The position numbers and the translations under genes were made by a program. Shown here in pieces: positions 57,403-64,000 of a DNA stretch of 64,000 nucleotides. Source of the DNA: Oikopleura dioica (taxonomy: Eukaryota; Animalia; Chordata); NCBI GenBank assembly GCA_907165135.1, contig OU015567.1, positions 8,804,001 to 8,868,000 on the forward strand, given 5' to 3'. The notes under the pieces were generated by a model. The model saw only the letters and a list, made by a program, of their open reading frames with translations, made no database searches and was not told the origin of the DNA. Every line of letters starts with the position of its first letter. Positions within the stretch are counted from its first letter, which is position 1.

Positions 57403-58158
57403 ATGGATCCAGTTTCTTACAGCGGTGATGCGCAGACACGCAGAGAGCAAAAGAAAAAGTTCCTCGAACGAGCAACTCGCTCATCGTTAGAAATCATGGA
57501 GCTATCACTTTATTTGTACCTCTATTACAGAAGCATTTACGCAGAGGAGCTGTTTCGAAGCGTCCGCAGATTCAGGAAAAGGTCAGAAATCAAGGAAAAG
57601 CAGTTAAAACCCTCACTTTTTGTTGATCTTTGTAAAAGCGTGATCGTTAAAGAATGTATTTCGCCAGAAGTGCGGGACTACGTCAACCAAGCATTGAAAC
57701 CTGCGGAAGAACTCATTCAAAATGGACAATTGCGGGGAGTTCACTGCGTCATTTCGACATCTGATGGGATGGAAATAGAACGGCTCTGCTTTGATCTCAA
57801 GGATCCAAAAGATCTGGAAGGGCAAACAAGCAGCTTCTTTCAGCACGCCAGATCTCGTAAGAGCCCTTTTCAAACTAAAAATAACTTCTTTAACTTAGAT
57901 GAAATGGAGAAGTACTACCAAATATTTCTGAAAAAGATCCAAGGGGAGGAAGAAATCAGAAATGTCTACGCTGAAGCGAGTTATCATTTCACTCGTTTGT
58001 TGTCAACCCTTGCTTTGCTGAGAGATTTACCGGAGCAGCACAACTGGCATTTGGAATACAAAGTAAAGGGAAAAGATGATTATCTGAAGATTTCAGATGA
58101 GAGTGGCCGATCATTAGTACCAGTTGCTTCCAGGAATGGATTTGATCGCAAAAACTAG
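57403..58158 (+). CDS. MAD2L2: MAD2L2/REV7 HORMA-domain protein
   Basis: EIMELSLYLYLYYRSIYAEELF...PEVRDYVNQALKPAEELIQNGQL...IERLCFDL is collinear with REV7; likely in-frame stop-free introns 57576-57638 (GA-AG) and 57821-57898 (GG-AG). Confidence 0.8.
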   Translation: MDPVSYSGDAQTRREQKKKFLERATRSSLEIMELSLYLYLYYRSIYAEELFRSVRRFRKRSEIKEKQLKPSLFVDLCKSVIVKECISPEVRDYVNQALKPAEELIQNGQLRGVHCVISTSDGMEIERLCFDLKDPKDLEGQTSSFFQHARSRKSPFQTKNNFFNLDEMEKYYQIFLKKIQGEEEIRNVYAEASYHFTRLLSTLALLRDLPEQHNWHLEYKVKGKDDYLKISDESGRSLVPVASRNGFDRKN

Positions 58159-58403
58159 CTAAAATTAATAAAATTAGGTTCTTTTCCTTTGAAAGCCAGT
58201 CTTATCCAAGAATAGAAAACGCGAAAATGAAGCAATTAAACCGATTTCTTCAAACTTTTATGGATTTATTCAAATGGAGTCCTGTGTTTGTCTAAAACCC
58301 CTTATGTAAAACTCATTTTTCTCTTTCATTGCCAAAACAGATATTTTCATTTTCAACACCCAATACAGATTTTTGCTTTTTTATAATTTATTTTTTTTGC
58401 TTT

Positions 58404-58770
58404 TCAGTCGTACATTTCATTAGATGTAAGTTTTGTAACGGTTTTCTGTCTTCGTAACAGGGACGATGATTTGATTGTTGGTCTTGGGGATGATTCTTCG
58501 ATCTCGCAATTTGAAAATTTCAGATCGTCTTTGGCGGCTGATTTGCTGAGCTCGCGGGATCGAAGTTGTAGAAATGTTGCGTTTCTTGATATTTTTTCGA
58601 TCTCTTCTGATAGGGATATTCTTCTTTGCAAAGCGGCAAAACCTTTGCTTTGAAGGATAAGCGATTGGGATGAAGGTTCCAAAGTCGGATTTCGCGTCGA
58701 GCTCTTCTAGGGAGCTTGTTCTTGCTCTTTTTCGGGTCGTAGTAGGGAGGAAACAGCTTAGTAAGTTCAA
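58404..58770 (-). CDS. Possible small uncharacterised protein
   Basis: Overlapping ORFs 58420-58827 and 58404-58682; junction not resolved; no motif recognised. Confidence 0.3.
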
Positions 58771-59039
58771 CATTTTTATTGATTTATGAGTAAGGACTGA
58801 GATTTGTCCGGTTTTATAGCTGTTCAATTTCCGGCGCCCGATAGTGGCCGCAGCTGATTCTCAGCTTTGGAACTCCGGCAGCTGTGACTGCTCGATAAAG
58901 ATCTCCCCTTTGAGCAAAACGTAATTGATTTCTCGTGATCAGCATGGAACAGTAATATCCTGCCAAGATCTGATAAATCAATCAAGAAGGAAAATGAAAT
59001 GTGTGGTACAAACGCTAGAAAATTACTTCCTTTGAGGAA

Positions 59040-59415
59040 TGTCTTGGGAATCGAGCGGGATAACCCTTGATGAAATTGACGAAAATTTCCTTTTAGACGG
59101 TAAAAAGAATGTCTCGATCGGAATCACATGCACAGAATATTGACTTCGTCAGCAACAAGTGGGAAGCGGTCAATAATCATGTCATGGGCATCAGGTACAG
59201 AAGTCCTCCTCGATCCTGGGAGATATTTCTTTTTCAGACAAATCAAGACGCGGTTCGCTGGGAAACCCTACCGAGCAGTGTTCTACGATCCAAGAGAAGA
59301 CAACGAAAACATCAGCAAAGGTAGAAAACGCCATTTTCAAGCCCAAATAATGCGGGTTTTAGACTTTGTCCCATTCGATATTTCAAAACTGACGATGAAA
59401 TCAGATTCGTCCTGA
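59040..59415 (+). CDS. MCRIP1/2 (FAM195)-like protein, C-terminal exons
   Basis: SHAQNIDFVSNKWEAV...I|RQIK...NISK|DFVPFDISKL resembles FAM195 HEENVRFIYEAW...FxPxDL; start not resolved. Confidence 0.5.
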
Positions 59416-59790
59416 CTATAACCGTCAAAAAGATCTTTCGTTTTTTCTTTGTAATTTTTGCTCCTACTGTCGACTGCCCTCCCTCGTAGATGTTGAAACA
59501 ACCGGCAAATGCTCCCAGAATATCGAATTTCTGAATGTTCTATTTTCTTACTTTACTCCCTTTACCATCCATTATTTCAAATTTTTCCTGCTCGTAACTT
59601 TCTGTAGCCCCGTTTTACAGATTTTCTTCGACTTTTTTTCATTTTTTTTTCTTTGAATAGACATGTCACTGCGATAAATAAAACTAAAATTCTTTAAAGA
59701 AATGAACGAAATCGCATAAATGCGATATTCAATCGTTTTTTCGTCGAATCAGAATGTTGAGCAGCAATATTTTTTGTTTTGAAAAGTAGT

Positions 59791-62287
59791 CTAAGTTCCA
59801 AAATAGCGGTCTCCGAAATTTCCGAAGCCAGGAATGATTCGTCCGCTTTCAGCGTCGTATTCTGGGTCGAGGGTAGCAGTGATGATTTTTACTTTAGGGA
59901 AGGCGTAGCTTATCGCTTGTGCACCACAGTTGGCCATAAGCAACGATACTAATAAAATATTTTCTTCTTGAAAGTCGTGATCTAGCAAAACTCTGAAAAC
60001 CCGATCTTTTATTGAGTCCTACTTGATTATTCCGTGACCAAATTATTGAAATTATCGAAATGAGAGCGGTTCCTGATTGCCATCATAGCAGCATGACCAG
60101 TACTGATCGTTGCATCCATTAAAATGACAAAGTTTTTCCGCGAGCTTTGCGGAACTCGGCAGTAGTGGAGACAGGGCGAGCCGAACTCGTCATTTTGAAT
60201 TAGAATCTTTCCTATTCTGATGTCTTTTGTCACCTAAAGTGATGTTAAAAAAGTTTTCTTTCATTCAGATGCAAATGGTAGCTATCTTGAAATGATACCT
60301 TCATAAGAGCTTTTTCCATGGTTTCTCCAGCTCTAAGAATTGAAATGCCACAAAGGCCCTTTGTAAGTTTTCTAAGCCTTTCTTGAATCGATTAACATCT
60401 AAGCTGGTATTTTTCAAAACTTTCCTGACCGGCGAATCTTTTTCCTTGATAGGGAATCTTCTCCGTACTATCCCTCGGTTCGAGAGTTATTTCAACTTCC
60501 CTATGTGGCAGAAAATTAAGCGCATACTCGAATGTCAATCGCATAAGCCGCTCTGCGTAGAAAATAAAATCATCCCTCGTCGTTTCTTCGTTTCTCAACA
60601 ATGTTTGGATTGCTATGATTTGATTGTTGACGGGCAAAACGTATAGGTTGGAAGGCTTGTGGGCGCTTGTCATGCTCACGAGCTCATCGTAACTAGTTTT
60701 GATGTGTCTGGCTTCTAGTTGGCGTTTTATATGCTGAAAGTAGTTTTTGAGAAGTTTTTATATGATTGAGTCGCGAGTTCTGGGAATACCTGAATAATGA
60801 GATTGATGGCGATTTTATTTTCCCGTCCTCGAGGGATAACTACGTCAGCGTTAAGTATCGTTGGGCCAATATACTTGTCAAAGCCTGTATAAAAGAAGTA
60901 ATATTGATAATGAAACAAAGCACTAGCCTGGCTTGACAAATTTATCATATTGATGAAGAACATCTGGCAATTGTCGGCCACGTTCAGTTAAATCGCGCAT
61001 CAATCTTCTAGCGAGTCGAATGTCCGAATCTGTATTGACGAAAACTTTCAGGTCGAGTAACTCCAGGACTTTACTGTTGTGCAATGTGAAAATGCCATCA
61101 ATGAGGACAACACTGGCACTTAGCGAAGGATTTATAATAAAGACTAAACCCGGCTCAGCTCTTTAGCATTATGAATCCCAAGCCGTAAACCGTTTGAGTT
61201 TTGGATTCGATCCGGCGGTGTTCGATGAAAGAGTAATGAGGCACTTTTGTGGCTTTGCCCTGTTTTAATCTGTTGATTGTTTCTAGGAACAAATCCCAAT
61301 CAATTGCATCGGGGCAATCGAAGTTGTAATCACCGATTGCTGCAGCAGCTTTTCTTTGGTTTACAAAATGAGACTTTCTGTTTGGCAGTCGAGCATTTTA
61401 GTCGATATTTTTTGAATCTCACTAAAATGAACTTTTTAAGTGAAAACCGGCCTTTGTCCACTTCGGTAACGACACCCTTGAAGAAATTATCCATTGAGAG
61501 GAGGACAACATACGGGATATTGATTCCCTCTTTAATAGGGTCGATTAGCAACGGACTTAATGTCCGACGAGTTGAAAATTACCGCAGCTTGCGGTCCGCT
61601 GGGATAGCACCTTCTCTCAAAGAACTATCGACCGTGCCTATTATCTGACGGCTAACAGAAGTCTTTCCAGAAGCAGATCCTCCAGCAACACCAATTACAT
61701 AGCAATCGCTAACTCTGGTTCCAACAATTTTTTTGTGATTCTACATCGCTTCCTGTCGATAACGACCTACTCCAAGCATAGGTATAATGCGCTCTGATTG
61801 ATTTAGCTTTAAATTAAAGCCTTTAATGCTTGTTTTATGAACCAATAAGAGCGCTTTGAGAGAGAAGTCGTTATCGTAGGACCGCTCTGTAGTATTTTCA
61901 TGTTTGCAACCAATCTTGATTCTCCATCAATATTGAACCACAGTGGCTTCCCTTTTGTATAGAGCTCCCTTCTTTGCGAGTTAGACGAGATAATCGGCGG
62001 GATAGAATTCTGAACCAAGCTTTTTCTCCGAACAATGTTCGTTTTCATCATCATTTCAGCTTGAAAAGCGCTCATTTTTTACTCTTTTGTTACTAATAAT
62101 CACGTATTCTTTGAACGGAAATCTTGAATCGTCATCAAAACATGAAATTTGTCTACCGTAAAAAAAGATAAATAAAATGAACCTTGCCTTGATTCAATGA
62201 GCCGCTATTGGACTGGTTTGCCATTGACTCGAGGTGCTCTTCTTTTACGGAGCTCTTCCGCCGCCCGATCTGAAGCGGTTTTGACAT
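59791..62287 (-). CDS. UCKL1: Uridine-cytidine kinase-like 1 (UCK + UPRT domains)
   Basis: [15 protein letters not shown]-loop; LLSMDNF; [25 protein letters not shown]; IRIGKILIQ; [19 protein letters not shown]; [15 protein letters not shown]. The 5' exons are tentative. Confidence 0.93.
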
Positions 62288-63633
62288 CAGGAGCAAAAAA
62301 GAAAACTTATTCGAACCCTGATAGATCTGTTGGAAGTGAAAACAAATTCTAGGCGTATTTGAGCGCGTCCTCAGGGCAGGTGGATTCCGTAAATATCTGC
62401 CAACAGCGTCCCCCTCCTCCCTAACTTCTTTCAGATCACTTCAGAACATTTTCTATATGCTGATTGTTTGATCTCTTTTATCTGGAATCGAACATAAACC
62501 GCTCCTTTTCTATCAAATTTCGAATTAGATTTTTCTCCTAGCGTTTTTTCTCCAATAGCGTTGAGTAGATTCAGATCGATATTCTTTAGTCAAGCTCTTT
62601 TAAATTATTCGATGGCGAAATTTTCTCTTTCCGCTGTTATTTATGTAAGGGATCTTATAGGAACTTAGCCAGGATCGTTAATAACTGTGGGCATTATCAA
62701 TCACTGGAGCGGGTAATCTCGATTGAGCTTGAAAATTGAGCTACTGTTCAGTTGTAAGAGCTTTTAGTTGTCATCTCAGAGATGCTTGAAGACACCTTAC
62801 TACTTATGATCGTTATCAAAATTGAAGTTTTTATGATTTTTCGGCAACTTTGACCTAAAACACAGAAATATTAATGGATTTTTTTTTGCAAATCATCATC
62901 TTTGTCGAAGCATGAAATGATATTTTGTCGGCAAGTTTATATTTATGAATTGACAATTCGGGTTCATTAGAGTTAATTCAGCCGCGCTCCAAAGTAATTG
63001 CTCATTAGCAGTGACAAGGATACGCCTTGACGCCGATGGCGGTATCGACAGTGCAATGATTGACTGTTTTCTTGAGATGTGAGGGGCTGGAGACTTGTGA
63101 GTGTGGTTCAACTTGGGCTGAATTATCGCCCACGAGGGGCGAACACACTGCTGCCGGGGAGAGTTCGATGATGCGCGGCGCCCGTCAGCGACATGTGGCT
63201 GGGTGTGTGTCCTTGGGCACACTCTTACTACTCTTGCGCGAGACTTTAACTTTCCCCGCCCGGGCTATCCGCTCCAAATTGTTTCTTCCTTTTGTCATTC
63301 AGCGAAAAAGAGAGGCGTTAATTGAGCACGTGCGTGAGCGAAAAAAGGGATTAGATCACTGCCAGTGGCACCGAAAATAACGTATCTTTCATTCTTCGAC
63401 GTTTAACTTGCCCTTGGAGTCGGCGCATATTCGAAAATCGGAAAAATCAAAAGCCCTGAATTTATGATCGACAGAAGCTGAAACGTCGGATCATTGATTT
63501 TTATTGACGCATTCAAGAAGAGGGTCAAATTGGCAGAAAAGCAGACAACTGAAAAATCGCAGTTAAGAAGAATTAACGCGCAAAGAGAGAGTCTGTTTTG
63601 AAAACAACGAAGATACAAGTTATCACAAAAATC

Positions 63634-63669
63634 ATGGGAAACTGCTGCGCAAGACCCAATGGAACAAAG
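63634..63669 (+). CDS. Probable first coding exon of a downstream gene with an N-acylation motif
   Basis: ATG GGA AAC TGC TGC GCA AGA CCC AAT GGA ACA AAG|GT = MGNCCARPNGTK followed by a GT donor; the remainder is not identified. Confidence 0.4.
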
Positions 63670-64000
63670 GTAGCAAAACACTCGTCAACTCATTCATTTC
63701 GAACTTATTATTGTCGGACTAGAAAACAATAAGACAAAAAACGACCGCATTTTGGCCATCCAACGTCATAAATTTTTGAGGAGCCATGGCCCATGGGCTA
63801 GTGTCCGCAGTAATACATAAATCAAAATCGATAAAGTGGAATGGAAATTTTAAATATTAATTCTCATCCTTTCTATTAGCGTCCGTTTATCTGGACTACT
63901 CGATCTCTATTCAATTAGCTATTGTCGAGCTTGATTTAGAATTTAAATTTTAAACACTTAATAATCGTGGCCGTTAACTGATTTTTGCCGAAAAGAAGAG

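Noticed and set aside
62896-63400. GC-richer ORFs at 62896-63222 and 63060-63380
   Set aside because: No motif or splice support; the position between divergent gene starts suggests promoter or UTR sequence.
1-64000. tRNA, rRNA, snRNA or SL RNA genes
   Set aside because: No cloverleaf, rRNA or SL-exon sequence recognised by eye; a covariance-model scan would be needed to exclude small RNAs.

Overview
Gene-dense animal genomic DNA with very short (about 40-60 nt) introns, several GA-AG/GG-AG/GC-AG introns and tight same-strand gene clusters. This pattern points to a larvacean tunicate such as Oikopleura dioica (inference). Host genes read from the sequence: CYP2-clan P450 (partial), B4GALNT-like glycosyltransferase, a hyperacidic secreted precursor, a divergent YAP/TAZ-like gene, an SMB+ENPP phosphodiesterase, two WSCD-like sulfotransferases, a FAM210-like gene, TACC, a furin-like convertase, ACK1/TNK2, P4HA, TRA2, MAD2L2/REV7, an MCRIP-like gene, UCKL1 and several unknowns. 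Mobile DNA: one very young 8.27-kb Ty3/gypsy LTR retrotransposon (33571-41836, minus; LTRs identical by my reading, GTAG TSD) and seven non-autonomous TIR/foldback elements. The retrotransposon has an extra ORF before gag, a -1 frameshift signal with a candidate pseudoknot, and a non-Env third ORF. Best leads: (1) a TTAA-targeting MITE inserted inside an ACK1 coding exon whose ends supply splice sites (introner-like); (2) the accessory ORFs of the retrotransposon; (3) an AGAA-rich candidate autoregulatory exon in tra2. Several apparent frameshifts lie in homopolymers and may be assembly errors. All exon models, alignments and counts were made by eye.
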